A stretch of DNA of 15,120 nucleotides from Candidatus Heimdallarchaeota archaeon. GTDB lineage: Archaea > Asgardarchaeota > Heimdallarchaeia > Heimdallarchaeales > Heimdallarchaeaceae. The stretch lies in contig DAOVER010000062.1 in assembly GCA_030668875.1 (NCBI GenBank), positions 1 to 15,120 on the forward strand. Direction: 5' to 3'. The notes under the pieces are model-generated. The model searched no databases. It had not been told where the DNA came from and saw only the letters and a list, made by a program, of their open reading frames with translations. A program made the translations under genes and the position numbers. Positions 1 to 8,342 of this stretch are shown here, in pieces (positions within the stretch are counted from its first letter, which is position 1; each line of letters begins with the position of its first letter).

Positions 1-215
1 CATCTCACTCCAACCCACCAAGTTATACAGGATTGTCTCTGGCTTTCTTTCCACTCGTTTACCCTTTCTAGTTTTGAATCACGGTATTGAAAACCGAGGG
101 TTAATTTTTCTTCTTTCCAATTTAAGATCTCTGTCTGTTCACTTCTCTGGAAATTTAAGGTTTCTTCATATTTTCCTTTAACAAATTTTATGCAGTCTCC
201 ATCTTTTAATGACAT
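1..215 (-). CDS. Hypothetical protein, N-terminal part only (runs off the left edge); not in the ORF track
   Basis: Hand translation from ATG at 215: MSLKDGDCIKFVKGKYEETLNFQRSEQTEILNWKEEKLTLGFQYRDSKLERVNEWKESQRQSCITWWVGVR..., with no stop in 71 codons. GGGTGA Shine-Dalgarno (226-221) lies 5 nt before the ATG. Confidence 0.7.
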   Translation of the reverse strand, partial: MSLKDGDCIKFVKGKYEETLNFQRSEQTEILNWKEEKLTLGFQYRDSKLERVNEWKESQRQSCITWWVGVR

Positions 216-389
216 TTTTTTCACCCTTATAGAGTAGTATTGATTCTTTAAAGACTAGTATAAATATGTAAAACTTTTATTTAAAGTTGTTTCATCAAGA
301 AAATCAAATGGAAAATTAGGTGTTGGGAATGTGCTGAATTTCACGCAATAATTTTTAAAGGAGCAGAGAATAATAATTTGGTAAGTGAT

Positions 390-1265
390 ATGGCTTCTAA
401 ATATCCTGTTTTAGTACTTTGTGGGAGTGATAAGAAAAAAAGAGAATTATTGAAACTTATAGATCCTGATGAAAAATACGGCGTAAAAGCTTTAGTACCA
501 TTTCTTGGTAAACGCATGATGGATTGGCAGATAGAAGAACTTATCAAATCACCCTATGTGGAAGAATTGTATCTTCTAGGTGTCACAGAAGAGCAAGCGA
601 AATTTGATTATCATGTCAATTATGTGCCTGTCTCTGCAACTTCTAATTATGGAGAAAAGCTGTTAGCAGGTCTAAAATTTGTTCGTGATCAAGGTAAGAA
701 TTTTGAAAAATTTGTTGTTTCTTCATCAGACACTCCCTGTATTACCGTTGATGCAATAAATGAGTTTTTTGAAGCAGTAGAAAAAAATGAGGAATACGAT
801 TATATCCAAGCTGTAATTTCTGAAGAATCTGTTAAAGCTATTTTTCCCGAACATGAACGAGTTGTAGGAAAATTTACTGACATAAATGTCTTCCCGGGAG
901 AGTTATTCGCAGTTAACGAGAAAGCAATAAAATCTTGTTCCAAGCTTATTGATGAGTTCGGTCGAAGGCGACGTTTAATTAAAAGAAGAGAAAGATCAAA
1001 AACTACTAGTGCTTTGACACCAGTAATGAGAATGGTTTTAAAAAGACCAAAAACTTGGCCTATTGTTATCAAATTTATACGAGGAAAGTTAGAGCTCAAA
1101 GGAGCTGAAAAATTAATGTCTATTATCAGTAAACTAAACGTGAAAGCAGTACTTTCTCATGATGGTGCTTCAGGCATGGATATTGATTTACCAGAAGATT
1201 ATGAGAAAGTAAAGCGATATGTTAGTAAAACAAAAAATGTTCCCTACACAGAGGGAATAAGCTAA
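390..1265 (+). CDS. MobA-like NTP transferase / nucleotidyltransferase family protein, paralog 1
   Basis: N-terminal strand-Gly (VLVLCG), KALVPFLGKRMMDW (KxL...GKPM-type motif), SSDTP, C-terminal MDIDLPEDY. The ORF track starts at TTG 378; ATG 390 (MASKYP) aligns better with the paralog starts. Confidence 0.8.
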   Translation: MASKYPVLVLCGSDKKKRELLKLIDPDEKYGVKALVPFLGKRMMDWQIEELIKSPYVEELYLLGVTEEQAKFDYHVNYVPVSATSNYGEKLLAGLKFVRDQGKNFEKFVVSSSDTPCITVDAINEFFEAVEKNEEYDYIQAVISEESVKAIFPEHERVVGKFTDINVFPGELFAVNEKAIKSCSKLIDEFGRRRRLIKRRERSKTTSALTPVMRMVLKRPKTWPIVIKFIRGKLELKGAEKLMSIISKLNVKAVLSHDGASGMDIDLPEDYEKVKRYVSKTKNVPYTEGIS

Positions 1266-1314
1266 ACCAATAATAAATGGCTTTGGATAATAAACAAAGG
1301 TTGCACTAAAACAA

Positions 1315-1322
1315 TTATAAAT
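1315..1322 (+). promoter_or_regulatory. Putative TATA box for NTase paralog 2 (likely leaderless transcript)
   Basis: TTATAAAT ends 24 nt before ATG 1347, with no SD motif in between. Confidence 0.5.
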
Positions 1323-1346
1323 TACTTAATCACATATCAATTTACA

Positions 1347-2171
1347 ATGATAAAATTCCCGGTATTCTTATTTACAGGAAGAGATGAAGTTCGAAGAGAT
1401 TTACTTGTTTTTCATGACCCAAGTGAGAAATACAAAGCTAAAAGTTTACTGCCCTTTCTTGGAAAACCATTAGTTCAGTGGGTAATAGATATTTTAGAAA
1501 AATCAGAGTATGTTGATAAAATCTATATTCTCGGTTTAGATGAATCTGACGCAAATCTTAGCGGGAATCTTGAATTTGTTCCTGTCCGAACCCGAGGTAA
1601 TCTTTATTCTAAATATAAAGCAGGATTAAAATATCTAAGAAGTAAAGATATCAATCCTGATAATATAGTCATAACATTTTCTGATATTCCTGGAATGACA
1701 TTGGAGGGATTTAATCAGTTTATGGAGGCATTACAAGACAAAAGAGGATATGATTTTGTTCTAGGAGCTGTTCCGGCAGATATTATAGAAAATGCTATAC
1801 CTAATTCAGAAAGAGCTGTAGCACGAATAGGAAAACATAATTTAGTTCAAGGAGATGTTCTATTTCTTAGTCCAAGAGCAATAGATGAAGGGGAAGAGGT
1901 TATCATAAGTTTCTCCAATTTACGAAAGAAGCGCTCTTTTAGGCAAATTCTGAAATTTGTTGCAAAAAAACCTAAATCTTGGTCAAAGATTCTGAAGATT
2001 ATTATGAAAACTGCTACATTAGAAGATGCAGTATTAGGTTTTGAAAGAGCATTTAACTGTAAAGCAGATGTTGTTCTTCTTGACGATCCTGGAATTGGAA
2101 TGGATATGGATCTTCCAGGAGATTATGAGAAATTAGAAAAATATGTCAAGAAAATAAAGAAAATAGATTGA
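1347..2171 (+). CDS. MobA-like NTP transferase / nucleotidyltransferase family protein, paralog 2
   Basis: VFLFTG, KSLLPFLGKPLVQW, FSDIP, MDMDLPGDY; colinear with paralogs 1 and 3. Confidence 0.8.
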   Translation: MIKFPVFLFTGRDEVRRDLLVFHDPSEKYKAKSLLPFLGKPLVQWVIDILEKSEYVDKIYILGLDESDANLSGNLEFVPVRTRGNLYSKYKAGLKYLRSKDINPDNIVITFSDIPGMTLEGFNQFMEALQDKRGYDFVLGAVPADIIENAIPNSERAVARIGKHNLVQGDVLFLSPRAIDEGEEVIISFSNLRKKRSFRQILKFVAKKPKSWSKILKIIMKTATLEDAVLGFERAFNCKADVVLLDDPGIGMDMDLPGDYEKLEKYVKKIKKID

Positions 2172-2177
2172 AGATTT

Positions 2178-2897
2178 TTAGACCTTCACTGCTTTTTTGA
2201 GAGGTTTCTTCCCCTTAATGAAAGAGAACACTAACAAAGTAACCGCTAAGAGAAGTGCATACTTACACAAAATACTTGCTACTGCGACAGCAAACTGTGG
2301 AAAGATTATAACCATTAAGAGCATAGGCAACATGAAAACAAGAAATCCTATGAGAACTATGATGCTATATTTGTTATCAATCTTATCTTTAGCCCAGATA
2401 AGGTTTTCAACAAGGAACCAAATGCTGTATAAAAGCGAACCAAAGTAAAAAGCTCCATATATTACACTTATTCGTAATTCATACGGATTTGTAACTGTTC
2501 CTATGCTTATGGTGCCAGTTGATTGATAAGTTGCGAAGAAAGGATTACAATCTACAATTTCAACTGAAGATGTTTCAAAGATATAGTAAACGGTGAATGC
2601 TAGTGCTATAGCAAAACCCAACCAATAATCAGGGAACCTCCACTTCACAACTCTTGTACAGAGGAAATACCCGACTGGAGGTAGAAAAGTTATGACTACA
2701 AATCCAATACGCGTTATAAGACCTGCATTTACACCAATGCAAATCAAGAATTCAGATAGCTGATATAGTTGTAATAAAGATAGTAGTGCTACTATCTCCC
2801 AGAAATGCGGATGATCTCTGTTGAAGATGATAACCACTATTAATATTGCAAGTTCTGTTCCGAAGAATATTAATGAGACTAAACCATCAATTGCCAT
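2178..2897 (-). CDS. Standalone 7-TM membrane protein, resembling the histidine kinase N-terminal 7TM (HisKA_7TM-like) region, with no cytoplasmic output domain
   Basis: Seven hydrophobic segments (about aa 5-25, 32-54, 60-80, 91-107, 143-163, 178-199, 202-227). YQLSEFLIC and ITFLPP motifs; basic C-terminus. The family assignment is from recall, not a search. Confidence 0.65.
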   Translation of the reverse strand: MAIDGLVSLIFFGTELAILIVVIIFNRDHPHFWEIVALLSLLQLYQLSEFLICIGVNAGLITRIGFVVITFLPPVGYFLCTRVVKWRFPDYWLGFAIALAFTVYYIFETSSVEIVDCNPFFATYQSTGTISIGTVTNPYELRISVIYGAFYFGSLLYSIWFLVENLIWAKDKIDNKYSIIVLIGFLVFMLPMLLMVIIFPQFAVAVASILCKYALLLAVTLLVFSFIKGKKPLKKAVKV

Positions 2898-3023
2898 TGC
2901 AATGTGTGCAAATATTTTAAAGTTATAAACATTTCGAGAGAAAAAGGTGTCTCTTATTCAATGTTTCAGCCAATCCTTTATAAATAACACGCGGTTTATC
3001 TATTCTTTGTGGTGAACGGTTAA
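2898..3023. promoter_or_regulatory. Divergent promoter region between the 7TM gene and NTase paralog 3
   Basis: Minus-strand TTTATAAC (2929-2922) is 24 nt before ATG 2897. Plus-strand TTTATAAA at 2978-2985; GGTGA SD at 3011-3015 before TTG 3024. Confidence 0.55.
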
Positions 3024-3866
3024 TTGACCAAACAATTCCCTATTTTCCTAATGTCAGGTCGTGATAAAAACATCAGAAGAGAAATAATGAATGTTCTAGA
3101 TCCCGATGAAGAATACAAAGGAAAGTGTCTCTTACCCTTTCTCGGAAAACCTGTTGCACAATGGGTGGTTGATGAGCTAGTACAATCAAAACATGTAGAA
3201 GGGATATATAGTTTAGGTATATCGAAAAAAGATTTGGATCTTGGTGAAGTGGTTGAATATATTCCTATTGATTTTTTCGCAGATTTAAGTGAAAAATATG
3301 TGGCAGGATATGAATATTTGAAGGCCAGGGGAAAGTCATTTGATGAATATGTTATTTGCATGGCAGATACGCCTGCTATCACTGTTGAGAAAATTGATGA
3401 ATTCCTTGAAGCTGTTATGAAGATGAAAGGATATGATTTCATACTCTCCTTAGTACCCTATGAACTTTGCAAGAAGGAATTTCCTGAAGCAGGGAGAGTA
3501 ACTGGAGATTTTACAGATTTTCAGATATTTCCAGGTGAAATGTTTACTTTGAGCAAAAGAGCTATACTCGAAGGTGAACAGATTATAGCAGATATCAGTA
3601 GACTACGAAGAAAGAGAAGTTTCTGGGCTGTAGCTTGGTACGTCTTTAGACGTCCAGCAACATGGACAAAACTCCTTAAGCTTGTTCTTAGAAAAGCTAA
3701 GCTTAAAGATGCTGTAATAGTCTTAGAAAGAGCTTTCAAAATGAAAATGGGCACAGTTCTTATAGAAGATCTTGGTTTTGGTCTGGATATGGATGTTTCT
3801 CAGAACTATCAACAACTAGAAAGCTATATGAAAAAAACAAAACTAGCTAAAATACAAGTTTCCTAA
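3024..3866 (+). CDS. MobA-like NTP transferase / nucleotidyltransferase family protein, paralog 3
   Basis: IFLMSG, KCLLPFLGKPVAQW, MADTP, LDMDVSQNY. TTG start with GGTGA 8 nt upstream. Confidence 0.8.
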   Translation: MTKQFPIFLMSGRDKNIRREIMNVLDPDEEYKGKCLLPFLGKPVAQWVVDELVQSKHVEGIYSLGISKKDLDLGEVVEYIPIDFFADLSEKYVAGYEYLKARGKSFDEYVICMADTPAITVEKIDEFLEAVMKMKGYDFILSLVPYELCKKEFPEAGRVTGDFTDFQIFPGEMFTLSKRAILEGEQIIADISRLRRKRSFWAVAWYVFRRPATWTKLLKLVLRKAKLKDAVIVLERAFKMKMGTVLIEDLGFGLDMDVSQNYQQLESYMKKTKLAKIQVS

Positions 3867-3960
3867 AATGCAGTAGAGAGGTCTCTAAATACGGGTTTTA
3901 TTGTTCTATTTTTCCTTAACAAAAACTATTTAATAGGGAAATCAGTAATATTATATTACA

Positions 3961-4920
3961 ATGAATAGAAAAGTCAAATCATTTACAATTTTTATTGTGG
4001 GGTTACTGGTCGCATCTTTTTATTTTTCAGCTCTCTCACAAGGAGCATTAATTTCAGACCAGTTAGAAGTAACTGAAGGAAGTTTCGTAAGAGGCAAATT
4101 CCTTTATACAAATAGTACTCATAGCGATGTACTGATGGCATACATTACACTCTCCGTCGATGATATATGGAACGATACTAACACTCTCCTTAACGTTGTC
4201 AATTTCAAGGTTTTGTACGAATTTGAAAGCGGTGAAGATAATCCATTAGGAACTGATGATTTTACAACCATGGAAATGACGGCAGCTGTTTTTGAACATA
4301 ATAGAACAACAATTCTACCTGCAGCAACAATGGTTATGGCAAATAGTACTTGGGAAATATCAGCAGATGTTCTCTATTTAGGCGATACTGAAAAAATGAT
4401 GGATTTGGATTATACAAATGTAACAATAGATGGTAACTCTTACATCTATGGAGATTTAGTAGGTACCGAACCATATTATTCCGATGTCTTGGGAATGATG
4501 TTCATATTTGCTATTGTCAATGCTGCATTATTATCTTATCAAGCATATACTCCATATGCAATCAATACTGTAGCTAATGTAGCTGACACAGTTCATTTTA
4601 CACCATCAAATGGTGTTGTGGACGAATTTGAACCAATTACTACATCTCAAGGAGATGCATATGATTGTATCAATGTTGAATATATTAACACAGCTACTTT
4701 TGGTTTAGATGATGTTGGTGAAGTTGATACTCATTATGAACAAAAAACTGGTTTACTTATCAGATCAATAGAAAAAGACACTTCAGGAAGTTCACAAATG
4801 GAATTCCAACCCATTGAGGTAGTAATAAAAACAAGTTTCTTACCCTTCCCAATTGTAGGTGTAGTAGTTTCTTTTATAGCAATAGGATTAGTAGTAGTTA
4901 TATCCAGAAAAAGGAAATAA
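3961..4920 (+). CDS. Exported cell-surface protein with C-terminal membrane anchor (CTERM-like)
   Basis: Basic N-terminus plus hydrophobic signal (MNRKVKSFTIFIVGLLVASFYFSALSQG); 5 N-x-S/T sequons; ends LPFPIVGVVVSFIAIGLVVVISRKRK. Confidence 0.8.
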   Translation: MNRKVKSFTIFIVGLLVASFYFSALSQGALISDQLEVTEGSFVRGKFLYTNSTHSDVLMAYITLSVDDIWNDTNTLLNVVNFKVLYEFESGEDNPLGTDDFTTMEMTAAVFEHNRTTILPAATMVMANSTWEISADVLYLGDTEKMMDLDYTNVTIDGNSYIYGDLVGTEPYYSDVLGMMFIFAIVNAALLSYQAYTPYAINTVANVADTVHFTPSNGVVDEFEPITTSQGDAYDCINVEYINTATFGLDDVGEVDTHYEQKTGLLIRSIEKDTSGSSQMEFQPIEVVIKTSFLPFPIVGVVVSFIAIGLVVVISRKRK

Positions 4921-4921
4921 C

Positions 4922-4947
4922 ATTTCTTTTTCCTCTCTTTTTTTTTG
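4922..4947 (+). terminator. Oligo-T archaeal terminator
   Basis: T-rich tract atttctttttcctctctttttttttg directly after the stop codon. Confidence 0.5.
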
Positions 4948-5049
4948 ATTGTTTTTGTATAGCGATAATTTGCTTTGGCTTACTTACACGCTTTCCCTTA
5001 TCATTTTGTTTAAATAGTAAGAAAGGATATTACGTAATGGGTGATAAAC

Positions 5050-7218
5050 TTGAAAAGGGGTTCAAGTTATTTTATTTGCACAATAATAATGTCTATATTA
5101 ATAGGAGGATTTAGTATCAGTACCGCAGCCGCTTATCAGGATGTTGTACCTGGTGACCAACTTCTCTATGAGATTAACTATATTGATCGATATGAAGGTG
5201 ATTTTCAAGTTTGGTATGAATTTGAACCAACCTTTGATCCCTATTACGAAACATCGCATTGGTATATTTATGATGATACATATGAACAAACAGAATTACG
5301 AAGCTATTTCGTAACTGGAAATACAACCAGCACAGTAACAGCTGATGAAGTAGGTTCGTTTTATGATGGAATGAGCCATTATTCAGGCATTGACTATGAA
5401 TATAATTATCCTATGACATCTTGGGAATTGGTGAATTCTTATAATCATTTCTATGACTCAAATTACAACTATAGTAATTTCAATCCTGGTAACACATATG
5501 ATACTTATGCAACTACTTTGAATTTTGATCCAGCCTATATTTACAGTGTTTCTGTATATAATACCACAACAACTGTGTCTTATACAATAAACGGTATAAC
5601 AACACCAATAACAGTAGATGTTTATTCATATTCCCACACTTCAAGTGGTAGTTGGACACAATATCAATATGATGTGAACTATACAATGTACGAAGATTTT
5701 ACATCTTACTTTACTGCTTATATTGATCCTGCAACAGGCTATATGCTCGAGTTAAAGCAAACTATAATCTATGATGATTATGGCACTTTTGGAGGTTACA
5801 GTACAGAACTTGGAACAAATCTATCAGGTCATGATATCACCAAGGGTACTTACTCTCAGGTTTGGAAGCTTATTGGTTCCACTGCAGCTTATGGTGAAGC
5901 AACAGATGTAGAAATTCCTGCATTATTACCTTATGGATTTGATAATAGGATATACAATACTACTTGGATGACGATCCCATTTGATATATTGAATGCTGGA
6001 CCATCAGTTACAGTAGAAGTATATTTGGATGACAATCTGTATGAGACTATTAAATCCGTCTCCTCTGGTTATTATGAATACGACGTTTTCGTAGACGATA
6101 TACCTTTCAAAGGACCAAATTATGGACATTTGATAAAATTTGTTGTATGTGATGACTTTAATCATAATCTTAATTCAACTTGGGAATTATACTTAGATGA
6201 AGAAAGAACAACCATTCCAACTTGGGGACCATCTTGGATAGAAGGACCAGATTACATTACCTTAATTGGATATGATCTTGATAGTTCATTTAATATTTAT
6301 TCCGATACAAATTGGACAGTTCACACCTACAAATGGGATGGATTTGCATATAATTATCAAAATTATTGGGAAGGTTACCAAAATGGTACTATGTGGTTAT
6401 ACGATTATGGATTGGCAGAAGGAATACATGATTATCTACTTGTATTTGAAGATAATGAAGGAGTGCTTATAGATTTATATGTTACTGTAGAAGTTCTATC
6501 TCCTGAAACTCCAACTATTGCTGGACCAACCGGAGATTATTGGTATTGGATTGGAGACGATATAACATTCTATTGGCAATTATTTGATGTAGATCCAACT
6601 AATTACGAGGTCAAATTTGATGGAACAATCATAGAGTCAGGAATATATACAGATGGCAAAACTATTTCATTCAAACCAAAAGAGCACATTTTCACAGTTG
6701 GTGATTATGAATTCAGTATAATGGCTAATGACACAATGGGTCATGAAAACTATATCCACTTCATGATACACGCAGACGGTTCAGGAACTGTAGATGTAAC
6801 TGAGCCCACACTTACTCACACCGGAACTCCAATAAACATGGAAGAGGGTCAAAATGTTACTCTAAAATGGACTATATACGATGATAATTTAGAAAATTAC
6901 ACAGTGTGGCAAAACAATACTGAATTAACATTTGTTTATGCTAGTAGTCCAAATGAAGGTTTTGAAATCGATTTAAGTTCTCTAACCATAGGTTACTGGC
7001 TTTTCGAAATAGTTGCGTTTGATACATATGGTAATAGTGCTTACGATTTCATTGAAGTGTTCGTTAGTCCAGATGATGGAATAAATGATACTGAACCACC
7101 AACTGATCCTGAAGAACCAAGCAATACTGTTTCAATTGATGCTCCTGGAGTAATCTACACTATAATTGGTTTCTTGAGTGTAACATCTATAGTATTTCTC
7201 ATTAAACGAAGAAAGTAA
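5050..7218 (+). CDS. Large exported surface glycoprotein with tandem Ig-like beta-sandwich repeats and a C-terminal sorting/anchor tail
   Basis: Signal peptide KRGSSYFICTIIMSILIGGFSISTAAA; Tyr/Thr/Asp-rich N-domain; two clear repeats of about 80 aa (W..FD.DP.NY.V..DG...G.Y.F.I.A.DT.G type); acidic Pro linker; APGVIYTIIGFLSVTSIVFLIKRRK tail; 14 sequons. Start placed at TTG 5050 because GGGTGA (5039-5044) precedes it; the track gives GTG 5041. Confidence 0.8.
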   Translation: MKRGSSYFICTIIMSILIGGFSISTAAAYQDVVPGDQLLYEINYIDRYEGDFQVWYEFEPTFDPYYETSHWYIYDDTYEQTELRSYFVTGNTTSTVTADEVGSFYDGMSHYSGIDYEYNYPMTSWELVNSYNHFYDSNYNYSNFNPGNTYDTYATTLNFDPAYIYSVSVYNTTTTVSYTINGITTPITVDVYSYSHTSSGSWTQYQYDVNYTMYEDFTSYFTAYIDPATGYMLELKQTIIYDDYGTFGGYSTELGTNLSGHDITKGTYSQVWKLIGSTAAYGEATDVEIPALLPYGFDNRIYNTTWMTIPFDILNAGPSVTVEVYLDDNLYETIKSVSSGYYEYDVFVDDIPFKGPNYGHLIKFVVCDDFNHNLNSTWELYLDEERTTIPTWGPSWIEGPDYITLIGYDLDSSFNIYSDTNWTVHTYKWDGFAYNYQNYWEGYQNGTMWLYDYGLAEGIHDYLLVFEDNEGVLIDLYVTVEVLSPETPTIAGPTGDYWYWIGDDITFYWQLFDVDPTNYEVKFDGTIIESGIYTDGKTISFKPKEHIFTVGDYEFSIMANDTMGHENYIHFMIHADGSGTVDVTEPTLTHTGTPINMEEGQNVTLKWTIYDDNLENYTVWQNNTELTFVYASSPNEGFEIDLSSLTIGYWLFEIVAFDTYGNSAYDFIEVFVSPDDGINDTEPPTDPEEPSNTVSIDAPGVIYTIIGFLSVTSIVFLIKRRK
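6535..7070 (+). repeat. Two tandem Ig-like protein repeats (two further degenerate copies at about 5974-6195 and 6274-6495)
   Basis: GDDITFYWQLFDVDPTNYEV...VGDYEFSIMANDTMGH aligns with GQNVTLKWTIYDDNLENYTV...IGYWLFEIVAFDTYGN. Boundaries are approximate. Confidence 0.6.
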
Positions 7219-7241
7219 TTCTTTTTCTTTTTTTATTTTTT
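7219..7241 (+). terminator. T-rich terminator region between convergent genes
   Basis: ttctttttcttttttattttttc follows the stop at 7218 and overlaps the mtnA stop. Confidence 0.45.
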
Positions 7242-8303
7242 CTCTAATCTTATTATTTGACTTTGCAATTCATTGAGAGATAACACTCCATTTGGAGAAA
7301 AGTAACCGGTTATAAGTTCAGGGGGTGTTATATCAAATGCAGGATTTAAAGCGTTAGATTTAGGATTTGCTATTAACATTTCCTCTTCATAGCTCGTTAC
7401 ATACTTGACTTCCTTCTCATCACGATATTCTATCTTAAAATCCTCAACTGATTCTGAATCGAGATCGATTGTTGACCATGGGAAGGATGAGTAAAAAGGA
7501 ACATCAAAATAATTTGCATTAACTGCAACTGAAAGAGTTCCAATCTTATTCGAAATAGTACCATCCTTTAGGCATCTATCCGCTCCCAGAATCACCTTGT
7601 TTATTTTTCCTTTTGACATGAGAAAAGCTGCTGCTGAATCAGGTATAATCTTATGATTTATTTCAGCTTGTTCTAATTCCCAAGCTGTTATTTTAGCTCC
7701 TTGTAATCTAGGTCTTGTCTCATCTACATATACGATGATTCCTTTCCCATCTTCCTTAGCTTTGAAAAGTGGGGCAAGAGCGGTTCCATAGTCTATAGTA
7801 GCTAAAGGTCCTGCATTGCAATGTGTTAGGATGGAATCTCCATCTTTAATGTGATCACAACTATGATTTCCTATGCTTCTGCACTCTTCTACCATCTTAT
7901 CAACCAGAAATGTTGCTGCTTTCAAGGCTTCGTCAAAAGAGAAATCTGTTCTTAAAGCAACGTTGTATATCTCTCGAGCGAAGTTGCTTAGATCAATAGC
8001 GGTTGGACGGGTAGAAAGAATATTACTAAAAAGAGTATCAAAATGCTCCCTTTTATCTTGTCTTGCTTGATTATTTGCCTCTTTAACAGCTAAAACCATA
8101 CCATAAGCTGCAGTTGCACCAATAGCTGGTGCTCCTCGAACAAACATTTCTTTAATTGCAGTACAAACATCTTTTACTGTTGGAAGTTGAACAAAAGTTA
8201 CCCTAAAAGGAATCAATCTTTGATCTATTAGTTGAATACTCTCAGTTTCTTCTTTCCATTCAACTGAACGGATATTGTCTAGACCTAAACTTTTGATTTT
8301 CAT
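7233..8303 (-). CDS. mtnA: S-methyl-5-thioribose-1-phosphate isomerase (eIF-2B alpha/beta/delta family)
   Basis: LIDQRLIP, MFVRGAPAIG, TRPTAIDL, LTHCNAGPLATIDYGTAL, DETRPRLQGAKITAWEL, GADR, NKIGT, NPAFDITP. Start could be ATG 8309; 8303 fits the TTTTAATA box at 8333-8326 better. Confidence 0.92.
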   Translation of the reverse strand: MKIKSLGLDNIRSVEWKEETESIQLIDQRLIPFRVTFVQLPTVKDVCTAIKEMFVRGAPAIGATAAYGMVLAVKEANNQARQDKREHFDTLFSNILSTRPTAIDLSNFAREIYNVALRTDFSFDEALKAATFLVDKMVEECRSIGNHSCDHIKDGDSILTHCNAGPLATIDYGTALAPLFKAKEDGKGIIVYVDETRPRLQGAKITAWELEQAEINHKIIPDSAAAFLMSKGKINKVILGADRCLKDGTISNKIGTLSVAVNANYFDVPFYSSFPWSTIDLDSESVEDFKIEYRDEKEVKYVTSYEEEMLIANPKSNALNPAFDITPPELITGYFSPNGVLSLNELQSQIIRLEKK

Positions 8304-8342
8304 TAGCATAATAAGTAAGTAGAGATATTAAAATTTAATGTG

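Noticed and set aside
2262-2276. S-I-L-C-K in TM7 of the 7TM protein resembles the heliorhodopsin SxxxK retinal-binding motif
   Set aside because: The Lys sits near the outer start of TM7 rather than mid-helix, TM3 lacks an RYxD/RWxEY counterion motif, and the predicted N-out topology is opposite to heliorhodopsins.
390-3866. Calling the NTases mobA, cofC or cobY
   Set aside because: Only fold-level motifs are shared. The proteins are longer, lack the LAGG.S.R or PVK...AKSRL signatures, and no cognate pathway genes are adjacent, so no symbol was given.
7233-8303. eIF-2B subunit (eukaryotic signature) or ribose-1,5-bisphosphate isomerase
   Set aside because: MxVRGAPAIG, THCNAGxLAT and ETRPxLQGA are characteristic of the MtnA branch of the family.
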